Shown: one piece after another, positions 11,626 to 25,133 of the stretch
How positions within the stretch are numbered: the first letter of the stretch is position 1
Layout of the letters: every line of letters begins with the position of its first letter
Assembly (NCBI RefSeq): GCF_006345805.1
Contig: NC_043006.1
Coordinates: 48,236,001-48,300,000, forward strand
Origin: Octopus sinensis
Taxonomy: Eukaryota
DNA length: 64,000 nt
Direction: 5' to 3'
Notes under the pieces: generated by a model
The model's input: the letters and a program-made list of their open reading frames with translations, nothing else
Told to the model about the DNA's origin: nothing
Databases searched by the model: none
Position numbers and translations under genes: made by a program

Positions 11626-13609
11626 GGAATAATTATTTTATTATAGAAAGAATCAGTTCAAAAGGTAACAGAATCATAGAATTCTGATCATAAATAGAAA
11701 CAGAGAAATGAAAAGGGCATACCTACTTTTACTCTCACCTGTATATAAATGCATTTGTATGCATATAGATGCTCATATACCTGATACATATATTCTTTCA
11801 ACAACAAATGCGCGCAACTGTCATTCTTTCTAAATGGAAGCCGATTTCGTTTACTTATCTGCATACATCTCTATTCCTTCTCTGATTTTACTTATGACTA
11901 TACTGTTGTATTGCATTGACCTGCATCTACTATAGGGTTTATACATGTGTGTATACGTATGTATACATTAACATGCCTACATACATACACCCGCACACAT
12001 ACACTGCATATATGCATGTATAAACACGTGTGTACGCATGTATGTGTCTGTGTTTATGTATATATGTACGATTTTTCTTTGCTTTTGTTTCCTTTCTTCA
12101 ATCTCAATATACGAAACACTATTGATTGAATACTTCGGTTTAAATAAATCTTTGATTCCTGGTCTTAAGGATAAGCTGACTACGAAAAACATCCAACTGT
12201 TCATATCACGACCCCGGATGTGACACTGTTTGGAAAAAATACTAAACGACCTGAACGAACATGTGAACGTTCCTTAATTTAACTATGAAACTTTCCAACA
12301 TAAGTAATCTAACGATATTATTACTAAACGCTGAATACCGGCAATAGAGTGTCATGGCTTCCTTGAATGATTAAATCGAGAGAACTATCGTAACTCAGCT
12401 GCTGTTATATATCACTATATTACCCACATGATACGGAAATTCTTACTAGCATTTTCTTGAAGTTTTAAGCACTTGTCTAGAAACTACAATTTGTGTTTTG
12501 TTGTAAACGCGTGAGTTTACAATAAATTGCTCTTATCTGTAAAGTTAAAGGGACCATAATTGTTACTACGATTGTATTGTTTCACTAATGAACCGAGAAG
12601 TGCGTTAAGAATGATTTAACCTGTATTTATGTATAATATACGAAACATTGTATGTGTAGTTGTGCCCGTGTTTTATCTACGTCTGTATGCGAGGGTACTA
12701 TGTCAAAGAAGAGGAGAAAAGATGGAGAGAGAGAGAAAAGAGCATATTACAGAATTTATTGTATATTCATCAATAGCAAAAGGGTTGAAGACAAAGATGG
12801 GTTCAACAAGATTTGATCTCAATGTACAGGAACGCTTATTGTAATCCCAAACAGTAATCACGAAAACAGTCCATTGCCAAGTCCAGGAAACGAAACCACA
12901 ATCTACACGCCTCCACGTCCAGTGTGACAGTGAATGAGATTTGATTTCTACGGTGAGACTTGACCTTCCAAGGCCAAAAGAAGTCTACAACATGCTCTCC
13001 CCATCCACTTCCTCTTTGTGTATATCTATGATTAAAAGCTCTCCATCGTTTCTTTTCTTAAGTTCATAAGAAGTTATTTAAGAGGTATTTGGTTTCAATG
13101 ACTAACAGCTCAAACGATCACATAGATCTTTCGAGGGAGAATTTACTTCGGAGTTATTTTGTTTGCTGTCTAGCTGTACCGAACAGACCTTTGACAAAAG
13201 GCATTTAAGCTACGACCATACAACACCCTTCTATTGCTTTATGAAGTTAACATGCGGGAAAATCAGCAAACTGGATTGTTAAAATTTAGTATAAAATATC
13301 TTGCGTTCTTTATTCAAGTATTCTGCGACCTGTGTTCAAATTAATTGAGGTCAATTTCGCTCTCATCCTTATGGGATCGTTAAAACATAATACCAGTCTA
13401 GGGTGGTAGATTAACGGGACCGTTTAAGCATCAAGTAGGATGATTGGCAATAATCTATGTCTGCTCTTTGCGTTCAGAATTCCTATATGGTAATATTATT
13501 CGTCGCCAATTCTAACACCATCACCTATGTCTAGAGTATCTTCGGCAAAAATCATTCAATTACAAGCACTCCAAACAGGTCTTCGGTTTGAAAATGTTTT
13601 GCTCTTTCA

Positions 13610-13815
13610 AGGCTGAGACGTTAGCACGCCGGGCGAAATACCTAGCGCTATTTCGTCTGTCTTTAAGTTCTGACTTCAAATTTCACCGAGGTCGACTTTG
13701 CCTTTCATCCTTTCGGGGTCGATAAATTAAGTACCGGTTGCGTACCGGGGTCGATCTAATCGACTGACCCTCTACTAAAACATTTCGGGCCTTGTACCTA
13801 GAGTAGAAAAGAATA
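13610..13815 (+). mobile_element. SINE family B monomer
   Basis: gttagcacgccgggcgaaat...ggtcgactttgcctttcatcctttcggggtcg...agagtagaaaagaat. Confidence 0.9.
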
Positions 13816-13852
13816 TTTTGCTCTTACATCCCACAAGTCTCAGACAATATAA

Positions 13853-14165
13853 ACCAGTGGTTCTCAACCATTTTTTTAATCTACGAATCCCTTTGATTAT
13901 TATTTTATTCTGGTGGACCCGCGCACAAGCATTTCGGTGTTTAAAACTTAGTTTTATACACAGAGAAAATGTTTCATGATCAGAGGTACGTTGAACTGTG
14001 AAAACGTTTCGAGAAAGAAATCTTGTTTTTTCTTGTAATAAATAAATATGAAGCAAAATGTTTTTATAAATTCCCAAAATACTCCAGTTTACTGTCTTGC
14101 TTGTGTGGACCCCTCAAAATTTTATATGGACCCCGGGGTCATATAGAACTCGGTACAGAACCACA
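13853..14165. mobile_element. hAT-like MITE (CAGTGGTTCTCAACC end)
   Basis: Left end ccagtggttctcaacc, degenerate right end cagaaccac. Confidence 0.55.
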
Positions 14166-14321
14166 AACCTACCCTTCTCTTAATACCAAAGCGGAAAATA
14201 CATATTTTTTAGATGTATTTTCTCGTTGATTCTTCTAGTACTAACTACTGAGTTATGGTTTCGTCCAAACACTGACTGCATCCATAAAAATCGTGTTAAG
14301 ATATATAATTTTCCCGTTAAC

Positions 14322-14672
14322 CCAATGGTTCTCAACCGAGGTCCATATGGTCCCTGAATGTCCTCATCAGATTTTTAGGGTGTCCAAACAACAAAATAGT
14401 GAATTGAAATTGGGGATCTACAATATTTATTTTAAGGGCACTTGAAAAAATTTTGCTTTAGACGTATGTATTGGCATGTATTAATGTATTACAACTAGAT
14501 TTCTTTCTCTAACATTTTACATAGTTCGACCTACACAAAATAATGTGTGAAAACATTTATAAATAACATTCTATAAAACTGGGTTTTAAACATCGAATTG
14601 CTACGGGGGTCCATCCGAATTAAATAGCAATCAAAGTGGTCCATAGACAGAAAAACATGGTTGAGAACCCCT
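14322..14672. mobile_element. hAT-like MITE
   Basis: TIRs caatggttctcaacc / ggttgagaacccct; body similar to 2638-2951. Confidence 0.7.
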
Positions 14673-15242
14673 ACGTTAAACCATTACCAAGTAAATTAAT
14701 AGTTTTTTCTAGATTTTCATATATCTAGTATTACTGTGAGTATCAATGGTCCTATATAACTATACTCGTAGGCACCTTTCATAATTACTGTGAATGAAAA
14801 AAATGTACGAGCAGATTATGATATTGGTTAAGTAATGTTTTCTTCGTGTAAAACTTAGATTTATAAAAGATCCCGAATAACCAAATTTGCAACACGGGTT
14901 CGATATGAGGTTTTCCCCCATCTACTTCACTTACACACATTGCAATCACGATGAAAATCATACGAAATAGCAAACTCATGACACAATTCCCGAACATGAA
15001 CTGGGTCACAAGTATTCTATTCAATGAGTACACGAAGCAATGGTGTTCTCTGGCAATCCATTAAAAATTGCGGGATACAGTCAAGAGGATGATGACATAT
15101 GCAGAATTTTGTATATGCAGTTTGCTATTGCTTTGAATATTCGTGTTTGCCTCTGCATATTAATACACGTGACGGAATAATCAAAACGTGTCACTATTAT
15201 CTCTCTCTCTCTCTTTCCCTCTCTCTATCCATCTCTGAATAA

Positions 15243-15244
<2 letters not shown>

Positions 15245-15292
<48 letters not shown>

Positions 15293-15630
15293 TAATATAT
15301 ATATATACTGTCATTCATTCTGTCACTCGCACAGCGACATATACAGATGCACACACGCATACACACACAAAGAAGTATGTGTATCCCTGTATACCTACCC
15401 ATTCTTTTCCTATGAACATACACACACACATATATATATATACATACGCACACACATACATATATATATATATACATGTGTGTGTATATGCATATATATA
15501 TGTACATATATATTTGTGTGTATATGTGCATATATATGTATATATATACCTATATATATGTATATATATATATACATATACATATATGTATATACATGTA
15601 TATATATATATATACATATATATATGTATA

Positions 15631-15676
<46 letters not shown>

Positions 15677-16239
15677 CATAATAAAGTATAGTCAAAGTGT
15701 ATGTGTGTAATATATATATATATGTGTGTGTATGTATGTATGTATGTATGTATGTATGTATTACTATGTATACACAATTGCATCATGTAATGAAATAACT
15801 CTTCTCGATTAGGTATATTCTATGGAAGAGATTGGTCATTTACATACATATAGGCGGATGGAATCACACACACATACATGTATATGTGTATGTATGTACA
15901 TAAATATGTACATATATATATATAGATAGATGTGTGTGTGTGTGTGCGCGCGCATATTTGTGTGTGGTGGTATGTATGTATGTGCGTGTGTGTGTGCATG
16001 TGTGCATGTATATATTTTTATCTATGCATATATGTGCATATATCTGTTAATGTATGTATATAGTGGATAATTGATACATGCCAACAACACCTTTTCATAT
16101 AGAGAACATACAACATTCACCCTACACATATATACATATGTTGTACACACACACATACACGCATACACACACACACAAGTACACACACACACATATACAC
16201 ACACTTATATGTATGTATATATGTGGTTGTGTGTTCATG

Positions 16240-16287
<48 letters not shown>

Positions 16288-16290
16288 ATG
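15245..16290. repeat. Compound (TA)n/(CA)n/(TG)n microsatellite region
   Basis: Direct reading. Confidence 0.9.
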
Positions 16291-17348
16291 TGTTGTGTGT
16301 GTTTTGTAGCGCATACTTCCATACATATTCATGTGCAGTCCGGTTGAAGCGTGTTGGGGTGAGAGAGAGAGAGAAGGAGAGGGAGTGAAGGAGAGTGAGA
16401 AAAGGAGAGAGAGACGGAAAGAGAGAGAGAGAGAGAATGAGAGAGAGATAGGTATGGGTTACAGATCAGTAAAACGAAAAATTAGGAGGAGGTGTCCGAC
16501 GGCTGCAATCATCCTAACATATAATGAAGCAGCGGTCAAGTGATGTGCAACTGTGCACCAACATGTGGTGACACCATCGTACGACAGCTGCATATGGCAG
16601 GCGAAAAAGTTGAGGTCAACAGGGTTTTCAGACCTAACAGTGGCTGTTTGTGTCCCCTGATTCTGATGAGATTAACTGGGCTGTCATTTGGTCAGCTTAA
16701 CGCTGACTTACCGACGTTCGTATCAAGACGGATTCTTATGGAAATCAACTGCCGTGGGGGAAAAATGTGATAGAGGTGGAGGGATTGAGGGAGACAGGCG
16801 TAAGATAATAGCGGTTGAGAGTGGTCAGGACAAGATAAAGAAAAGGAGGTTACGATAAGGGTGGAAAGGTGCGGGTAGGTGTTTTTCTTTGGAGGGGATA
16901 TTGGATGGGAGGGAGATGGTCTCGTAGAAATAAACGGAATGAAGTTTATGAGAGGCAACGTGTTTGGTCAGGTGGCAATAAAGGTCAGTCAGTTGCATAA
17001 ATATTATAGGATGGCCGTAGAGTTGTTTGTTTGAATTAGATTAGCAGGTCATATATGCATATTAGTCAGCGTACACATACACGTGTACACGTATATAATC
17101 TCACTTACTTTCTCACATATGTACATAACAACACACACACACACACACACGTACTCTCACATACATGCATAATGTATGACAGAGTCACACATGTTCGCTT
17201 ATCGTCTCGCACATCCAATCATATAGGCAGGTATCCAAAATCTTTAATTAATCAAAAGCTCTACGCCAGGACTTCACTGCATCTCACTCGCTCTTTTGTT
17301 GGTGTATACGTTTGTCTTTCTTTCTCTTTCCCACTCAGCCGCTCTTTT

Positions 17349-17414
<66 letters not shown>

Positions 17415-18112
17415 CATCTATCTATCATTTATTTCTTTTCAGTTCTGCGCAAAACATATGCAATTATTTCGGTATCTAATTGAAAGTACAACCCAGAAGT
17501 CAGAAAGACCGAAATAATACAACAGTTCAAAAGCTTTTTGAATAGAGAATCTTCGTTTTATTTATTTATTTATTTATTGACTTTATTTTATTTTATTTTT
17601 GTCACCTCCGCAAACTTCTTTTCTGCGGGCAAGTAGAATTCCAGAGGTTTCAGAAGATTAGATGCTATAAGAAATATATTGCACATTATAATTTCATGCG
17701 TAGGGATCAAATTACGACGTGGTATAGCTTGTTTTTCTAATGGATTCTGCTAGCGTAGATTAAATGTCACGGAATGCTTAATAACTTAGATTCATTCTAA
17801 CATCCAATGTATAATATATTATACGAAACACTGGAAGCGATGGATAGGCTGAAAGTATAGAACGTCGAAGAACATGTCTTGTAGCGTTTATTAACAAAGC
17901 CTTACGTGTATTATGATTGAATACTGCCTGAGTCGAAATTATATTTCGTCATTTCAGGGCCGATAGAATAAGTATCAATAATATACAAAGGTCGAACTAA
18001 TCGACAGGACTTTACTGCAGAATGCATAGGTATCTGCCAAGGTCAGTGTAGTACAACTGCAGTTGGTTGTAATTGGTACTGATATCGGTTAGAATGTAGA
18101 ACTAAATATATT

Positions 18113-18725
18113 CTTTTCTACTCTAGGCACAACGCCCGAAATTGTTGCTGGAGGGGGGCAGTCGATTAGTTCGACACCAGTATGCAACTGGTATTCAATT
18201 TATCGACCCCGAAAGGAATGAAGGCAAAGTTGACTTCAGCGGAATTTGAACACAGAGCATAAAGACAGATGAAATACCGCTAAGCATTTCGCACGGCGAG
18301 CTAACGTTTCTTATTTCTTTATTGCTCACAAGGGGGTAAACATAGAGGGGACAAACAAGGACAGACAAAGGGATTAAGTCGATTACAGCGACCCCAGTGC
18401 GTAACAGATACTAATTTAATCAACCCCGAAAGGATGAAAGGCAAAGTCAACCTCGGTGGAATTTGAACTCAGAACGTAACGGCAGACGAAATACCTATTT
18501 CTTTACTACCCACAAGGGACTAAACACAGAGGAGACCAACAAGGACAGGCAAACGGATTAAGTCGATTATATCGACCCCAGTGCGTAACTGGTACTTATT
18601 TAATCGACCCCGAAAGGATGAAAGGCAAAGGCGACCTCGGCAGAATTTGAACTCAGAACGTAGCGGCGGACGAAATACCGCTAAGCATTTCGCCCGGCAT
18701 GCTAGCGTTTCTGCCAGCTCACCGC
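18113..18725 (-). mobile_element. Composite family B element flanked by a ~19-bp TSD
   Basis: atgtagaact(a/g)aatatatt at 18094-18112 and 18726-18744 encloses head + 2 modules + second partial head + module + tail. Confidence 0.85.
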
Positions 18726-18744
18726 ATGTAGAACTGAATATATT

Positions 18745-19168
18745 TATTTCCTTATTACCCACGTGGGGTGGGGTGCTAAGCGTAGAGGGGACAGAAAAGG
18801 ACAGACAAAGGAATTAAGTCGATTACACCGTACCCAGTGCGTAACTAATACTTACTTAATCGACCCCGAAAGAATGAAAGGCAAAGTCGACCATGGCGGA
18901 ATTTGAGCTCAGAACGTAACGGTAGACGAAATACCTATTTCTTTACTACCCACAAGGAGCTAAACACAGGGAGGACAAACAAGGACAGACAAGCGGATTA
19001 AGTCGGTTATATCGACTCCAGTGCGTAACTGGTACTTATTTAATCGACCCCGAAAGGATGAAAGGCAAAGTCGACCTCGGCGGAATTTGAACTCAGAACG
19101 CAGCGGCGGACGAAATACCACAAAGCATTTCGCCCGACGTGCTAACGTTTCTACCAGCTCGCCGCCTT
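18745..19168 (-). mobile_element. SINE family B dimer
   Basis: Two modules and a head ending gccgcctt. Confidence 0.9.
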
Positions 19169-19184
19169 GTAACACTAAGAGTAT

Positions 19185-19650
19185 ATTGTGAGGTATTTGG
19201 ACGCGGGCCTCGCCATGTGCTTAAAACAATTTCTCTTACTATAGCCTCATGTCGAATGAAGTCTTTTGAATGAAATTTACAAAGATGGAGACATTCTAAC
19301 ATGAAACTGTATTTTCAAATGTCCGGGTTGCTCGCACATATGTTGATGTTGTTTCTGTGTTACGTTAAGTATACACTTATGTGCGGAACACTCAGCCGCT
19401 TTGTGCACAACTTCAATCAGTTTGTTGTTCAGTTGATCGTACAACTTGATTCTAATACATGAAAATCGACATGAAATGTGGGTTTCGATTTCAAATCTGG
19501 CTACATTCATTTTTGCATGTTTACCCCAGAATACCAATTGTTATATGTTCCAGTCGACTTGCAAATTCGATTCAAGTGATAATCCGGCAAAAACCGTTGT
19601 TGCATTGACGATGCATGTCCTAATGATTAGAAAATTTCGCCCACGATCAT
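19185..19650 (-). pseudogene. Possible Tc1-like transposase C-terminal remnant
   Basis: Weak similarity: VFWGKHAKMNV (cf. FLWGYLKxxVY) and CEQPGHL (cf. CxxxxGGHFE). Confidence 0.3.
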
Positions 19651-19856
19651 AAGATCATAATTTCGATCACCGGACCAAGTGGAGCATTGTATTCTTGAGC
19701 AATACACTTCATTTCACTCCACTGCAAATGAGTTTCAGTAATGGCTGGAACCTTAGCCTTGCGACGTAGTGCTGTCCTCTTCAGGAGCGTGAGGTAGGTA
19801 ATCTGTCATTTATACGCAAAGAAACGGTTTAAACCCCGGCCTTTTAAGTCATAGAG

Positions 19857-20205
19857 AAGGCCCATGGTTCAGTGGTTAGAGCGTCGGATTCACAACCATG
19901 AGGTAGTGAGTTCGATTCCCAGACCGAGTTGTTTGTTGTGTTGTTGAGCAAGACACTTTATTTTCACGTTACTCCAGTTCACTCAGCTGTAGAAATAAGT
20001 TGCGACATCACTGGTACCAAGCTGTATTGGTCTTTGCCTTTCCTTTGGAGAACATCGGTAGCGTGGAGAAAGGAGGCTGTTATGCATGGGTGACTGCTGG
20101 TCTTCCATAAACATCCTTGCCCGGACATGTGTCTCGGAGGGAAACTTTCTAGATGCAGTTTTAATCCCATGATCATTCATGACAGAAGGGTGTCTTTACT
20201 CTTTA
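19857..20205 (+). mobile_element. SINE family D (tRNA head + CORE-like domain)
   Basis: Head tggttcagtggttagagc...gagttcgattccc; ttgagcaagacactttat...cagttcactcagctgtagaaat resembles the CORE/MIR domain. Confidence 0.85.
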
Positions 20206-21763
20206 CGCTATAAGTCCTAGGGCTCAGGACAGACCTAACCATAGTTACAGATTGACTCTAAAGATATGTTAGCGCTGCTGTTGTTTAATCCAACGTCATT
20301 CTTGACCGGATAGACCTCCTATCAATGTCATTCTGATTGTGACAAACTCATCCCTAAATCTGAGGTAGAACTACATTATAAAATGTATCCTTTCCATTTC
20401 TGAGGGGAAAGTGAGAGATCTGAGTAAGGGTTGGCTGATAATTTTAGCAGATTATTATACCAAGTGTAAAGTCCTTCGTTGGATCATCAGCATGTGGGAA
20501 ATGAGTATCTGCACACAAGACACAAGCTTATACACACAAACACGCACACACAAGCGCACACACACACACATAAACACACACAAATAAACACACAAGCACA
20601 AACACACACTCAGGCACTCACTCACATTCAAACACCCCCAAACACACACACAAATACTCACATACACAAATAGAGATACAAAAATTGATGACTATTTCAT
20701 AAAGTAGGTGTATCTTCATACACTTTGATATAACTTACGTTAAGTGTATGATAAATCTCTGTAATCGATACTAGCTGCTTGGTGATGAATAACTATGTAC
20801 TTTTATACAAGCAAAAATAATACATTCGAAATACTGTGGTTATATCTAAGCTTAGCAATACCCGTTTCAAAACGAACAAATGGCTGTATGAGCTGAGCAG
20901 ATGTTTTTCACTTAATGAAGAGACAGATATTCAGTACTGGTTGAAATTTAAGCACTCAAATGGAAGATAAACCGAAATTTATATTAAATCCGATATGTAT
21001 CGCGTTCGATATTTTTGGTGCAAACATTTTGCTTGGATAAAAAAAAAATCATATAATCTCCACTTCTGAGTGTGATTGTCTGTATATGTGCGTATACATA
21101 TAAGTTTATATTTATAACCACATATATACATACGTATAAAAATATATATAAATACCCAACCACACGTATATACATACACACACGTATATTAAGATTCCGA
21201 TCAAGCGTAGTGATACTAATAAATAGTTGTTAGAAATCGGTATACATATGCTTGAGAATAAAAAATGTGAGTACAAAGCGTAATATTATTCAATGTATGT
21301 CTAAAGAACAGGAATCATGTCATCACCATCATTGATTTACAGCTGTTTCTGCTATATTTATGTATATATATATAGATATGTAAGTGGGGTGTATGTGTGT
21401 CTATATATGTGTGTATTCAATCCTAGCAGAGGACTACCACTACTATCACTTATACGAGAATCTGCTGATATAAATTTCCGTAGGAAAGAATTTATCTTTA
21501 GTAATTAGACAACTTTTAGTAATAGGAAAAATATAGGAAGCGGGAAATTTCCATATACAATACACTATAAATGAATTTCATAGCAACACTTGTTTCGAAC
21601 ATGTGTTGTTATGGAAATCAATTTTACAATAGGGAAACAATTAAGCTTTCAGACTCAACGAGCCTTAATCTAGCAGCCATTGTAACAGCTTGAAATAGAA
21701 TGAAAATTAGAACGAACTATTGCGGACATCCATTACTCAAGGAAATAGCTGAGATTTGTAAGG

Positions 21764-21990
21764 CATGTGTAAAATTTGAATGGAATTGGTTGTGTAGTTC
21801 TCAAGTTTTAGGGAATCGTAGTGGGGAAGATATGATATTGCTGTGGGCTCGCCCTAGGCAAAAAGTTCAACTCTAAGTAAGACATGTGTAAAATTTGAAT
21901 GAAATTGTTTGTGTAGTTCTCAAGTTTTAGGGAAACACACAGAAAGACAGACAGACACACACACATTCTTAGTTTTATATATATAAAGAT
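21764..21990 (+). mobile_element. 3' part of a Helentron/Lep1-like element
   Basis: aaaatttgaa...tagttctcaagtttt, cagacagacacac, terminal ttttatatatataaagat; internal ~50-bp duplication. Confidence 0.6.
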
Positions 21991-21992
21991 GC

Positions 21993-22225
21993 AAGGCGAC
22001 GAGCTGGCAGAATCGTTAGCACGCCGGGCGAAATGCGTAGCCGTATTTCGTCTGCCGTTACGTTCTGAGTTCAAATTCCGCCGAGGTCGACTTTGCCGTT
22101 CATCCTTTCGGGGTCGATAAATTAAGTACCAGTTACGCATTGGGGTCGATGTAATCGACTTAATCCCTTTGTCTGTCCTTGTTTGTCCCCTCTGTGTTTA
22201 GCCCCTTGTGGGTAGTAAAGAAATA
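21993..22225 (+). mobile_element. SINE family B, one long module
   Basis: Near-consensus head and module. Confidence 0.9.
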
Positions 22226-22255
22226 TATATATATTAAGATGCATATTTATAGAGT

Positions 22256-22759
22256 ACTAGCAGTATCGCCCGGCGTTGCTCGGGTTTGTAAGGGAAATAA
22301 CTATATAAGCATTTTTAGAGAGTTACTTTCCTTATATATGCCAATTCGGGCTTTCTTAGCCATTTCTGTTTTGGCGACTTCAAGCCATGAAGAACGCTGG
22401 TCTCCTTGACAACGCATTACGACGTTGATTTCCTTAAACTCCCTTCCCCACAGCTTCACGAGGGAGGGAAGAAGGGGGAGAAGCAAACACAGGTGCAGGT
22501 ATTTGAGCGTGGACGCCAACTCCACCGCCATCGACACACGAAATATTATGCATTAAAATGGAATAAAAAATGATGTTAAATTATTTTTTAAATCGTAGAC
22601 TCATCGTAGACGCGCGCTAATAGCCAGACGGGCTCGATATTAATCACGACTATAAGATAACAGAATTTGGTTAAACTACACCGCAAAATGTGGGAGGAGT
22701 TAGGAATCTAAATCGAAGGGGACAGACACGCACACAACTACAGTTTTATATATAAAGAT
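22256..22759 (+). mobile_element. Family E non-autonomous Helentron/Lep1-like element
   Basis: 5' ACTAGCAGTATCGCCCGGCGTTGCTCGGG hairpin, 3' TTTTATATATAAAGAT, no TSD seen. Confidence 0.75.
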
Positions 22760-22964
22760 TTTGTGAACAATGGAGTCGTTGCTTAAAAGTTTCCAGTGGG
22801 ACAATCACAAGGTTATCGCATTTACGGTTTCGAGTGAGACAAGTTTCAATCAAATTGTGAATGCATGCATATATGTATGCACACAAACACCACACACACA
22901 CACCATACACACACACACACACACACACACACATCTGACAGTTTTTAAAAAATTGTTTACTTAC

Positions 22965-23050
22965 GGCAGAATCGTTAGCACGCCGGGCAAAATGCATAGC
23001 GGTATTTCGTCCGTTTTCACATTTGGAATTCAAATTCGGCCGAGATCAAC
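22965..23050 (+). mobile_element. SINE family B 5' fragment
   Basis: ggcagaatcgttagcacgccgggcaaaatgc...ttcaaattcggccgag, then interrupted by family A. Confidence 0.75.
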
Positions 23051-23052
23051 TT

Positions 23053-23232
23053 AGGTGCAGGAGTGGCTGTATGGTAAGAAGCTTACTTACAAACGACATG
23101 GTTCCAGGTTCAGTCCCACTGCGTGGCACCTTGCGCAAGTGTCTTCTAATATGGCCTCGGGTCAACCAAAGCCTTGTGAGTGGATTTGGTAGACGGAAAC
23201 TGAAAAAAATCCGTCGTGTAGTATATATATAG

Positions 23233-23307
<75 letters not shown>

Positions 23308-23502
23308 TTGTCCCCCAACATCGCTTGGCAACCGATGCTGGTGTGTTTACGACCCCGTAACTTAGCGGTTCGGTAAAAGAGGCCTATAGAATAAGTACTA
23401 GACTTATAAGGAAAAGTCCTGGGATCGATTTGCTCGACTAAAGGAGGTGCTCCAGCATGGCCGAAGTCAAATGACTGAAACAATTAAAAGAGAGTAAAAG
23501 AG
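23053..23502 (+). mobile_element. SINE family A
   Basis: Full head-body-tail match. Confidence 0.9.
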
Positions 23503-23609
23503 TTACGCTTTGAGTTCATTTTCCACCAAGGTTGGATTCATCACGTATCTTTCTAGTAGTTATAAAATATAATATGATACCATAAAAAACTGAAGCCTGT
23601 TAAGCTGTC

Positions 23610-23886
23610 AAGGCGCATGGCTTAGTGGTTACGGGTATTCGGTAGGGTCGGGTGGTTCTATTCCCGGCGCATTGTGCTCTTGGGCAAGTCTCTTTAATTC
23701 ATGTTGTTCCAATTCACGTAGCTGACAAAAATTAGTCGCGCTGAATCTCCGTGAAAACTACGCTCAAATTGCGCACCTCTGTGGAGGGCTTAGCCCCCTT
23801 GTACGTTAAATATTAATTTCACTAGTAGACTGTTCCGTTGAACGGATCAACTGGGATATTCATCGTCGTAACCGACGGAGTGCCAG
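23610..23886 (+). mobile_element. Family D-like head/CORE with tail type 2
   Basis: aaggcgcatggcttagtggtta...ttgggcaagt; tail ctgttccgttgaacggatcaactgg...gtcgtaaccgacggagtgc. Confidence 0.7.
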
Positions 23887-23944
23887 ATATTTCGTTTTAT
23901 TTTTATTTTTATTTTTTGGTTTCTAATTGCTTATGTGCTTTTCT

Positions 23945-24329
23945 GTGGAGGCGCAATGGCCCAGTGGTTAGGGCAGCGGGCTCGCGGTCATAGGATCGCG
24001 GTTTCGATTCCCAGACCGGGCGTTGTGAGTGTTTATTGAGCGAAAACACCTAAAGCTCCACGAGGCTCCGGCAGGGGATGGTGGTGATCCCTGCTGTACT
24101 CTTTCACCACAACTTTCTCTTACTTCCTGTTTCTGTTGTACCCGTATTTCAAAGGGCCTGCCTTGTCACTCTCTGTGTCACGCTGAATATCCCCGAGAAC
24201 TACGTTAAGGGTACACGTGTCTGTGGAGTGCTCAGCCACTTACACGTTAAATTCACGAGTAGGCTGTTCCGTTAATTCGGATCAACCGGAACCCTCGTCG
24301 TCGTAACCGACGGAGTGCTTCCATCAACC
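23945..24329 (+). mobile_element. SINE family C with tail type 2
   Basis: 12-bp TSD atgtgcttttct at 23933-23944 and 24330-24341. Confidence 0.9.
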
Positions 24330-24344
24330 ATGTGCTTTTCTATA

Positions 24345-24790
24345 AGACGTATAGCATTGTATTTCGTTTTCGGATTTGGTTTGCAAGATTCTTTATATGA
24401 GTTCGTGTGTTGAAGCATATTCTGTTGTGTGTGGGAAGTGCCTTATAATTTAACACACTCACCGGTAAAATTTCCACTTATTCCTTATTTTCACCGGTAA
24501 AATTTCCACTTATTCCTTATTTTTATTTTTTAAATTTTTTATTAAAAAATTTTTTTTTATTTTTTATTTATTTTTTTGTGGGGGTGTTAAATTATAAGGC
24601 ACAAAAAGAAAATGACTCTCTTCAGACACAACAGTATATATATAAGACTACTGAAAAGGTTGCAAGCCGCAACGAAAATTTTAGGAAAATAAATATAGGA
24701 AATTAGTGGAAATTTTACCGGTGAGTGTGTTAAATTATAAGGCACAAAAAGAAACTGACTCTCCCCAGACACAACAGAATATAACATTGT
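24345..24790. repeat. Foldback element with 41-bp perfect inverted arms
   Basis: 24438-24478 versus 24705-24745 exact; imperfect extensions; third partial arm at ~24584-24635. Confidence 0.85.
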
Positions 24791-25059
24791 ACAAATATTT
24801 TTAGTTCTTTGGTACAAAATCAGATAACATTATTTGATTTTTTTTTTATAAATTGTCTAAGTATGTTTTCTGCAACATGATCGGTTGAATGTTGGTTTTA
24901 AGTAAATGATACTCTCACAAGACTAATGTACGGCAATGTTTTACTTATGTTTGACGTAATGAACAAATTGGTATATTCTTAAGACTGAGTCGTCAATTAG
25001 CTCAGCAGTAATCTTAGACAAAATTCCAGCTGGATCTCGAATCAATTAGGGGGGAGGGA

Positions 25060-25065
25060 AAGTAT

Positions 25066-25133
<68 letters not shown>

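Noticed and set aside
12829-12927. Ser/Pro-rich terminal-exon-like frame (TLIVIPNSNHENSPLPSPGNETTIYTPPRPV*)
   Set aside because: Poor acceptor and no homology recalled
14785-15033. ORF with a signal-peptide-like start (MSLLFRMIFIVIAMCVSEVDG)
   Set aside because: Short, no recognisable domain, no good splice donor, AT-rich codon content
16660-16750. CTGATGAG hammerhead core (also at ~31063 and ~32727)
   Set aside because: No properly placed stem II plus GAAA or stems I/III
23945-24025. tRNA gene (also the other C, D and A heads)
   Set aside because: A and B boxes are present but acceptor and anticodon stems do not close, and the heads continue into SINE bodies with TSDs
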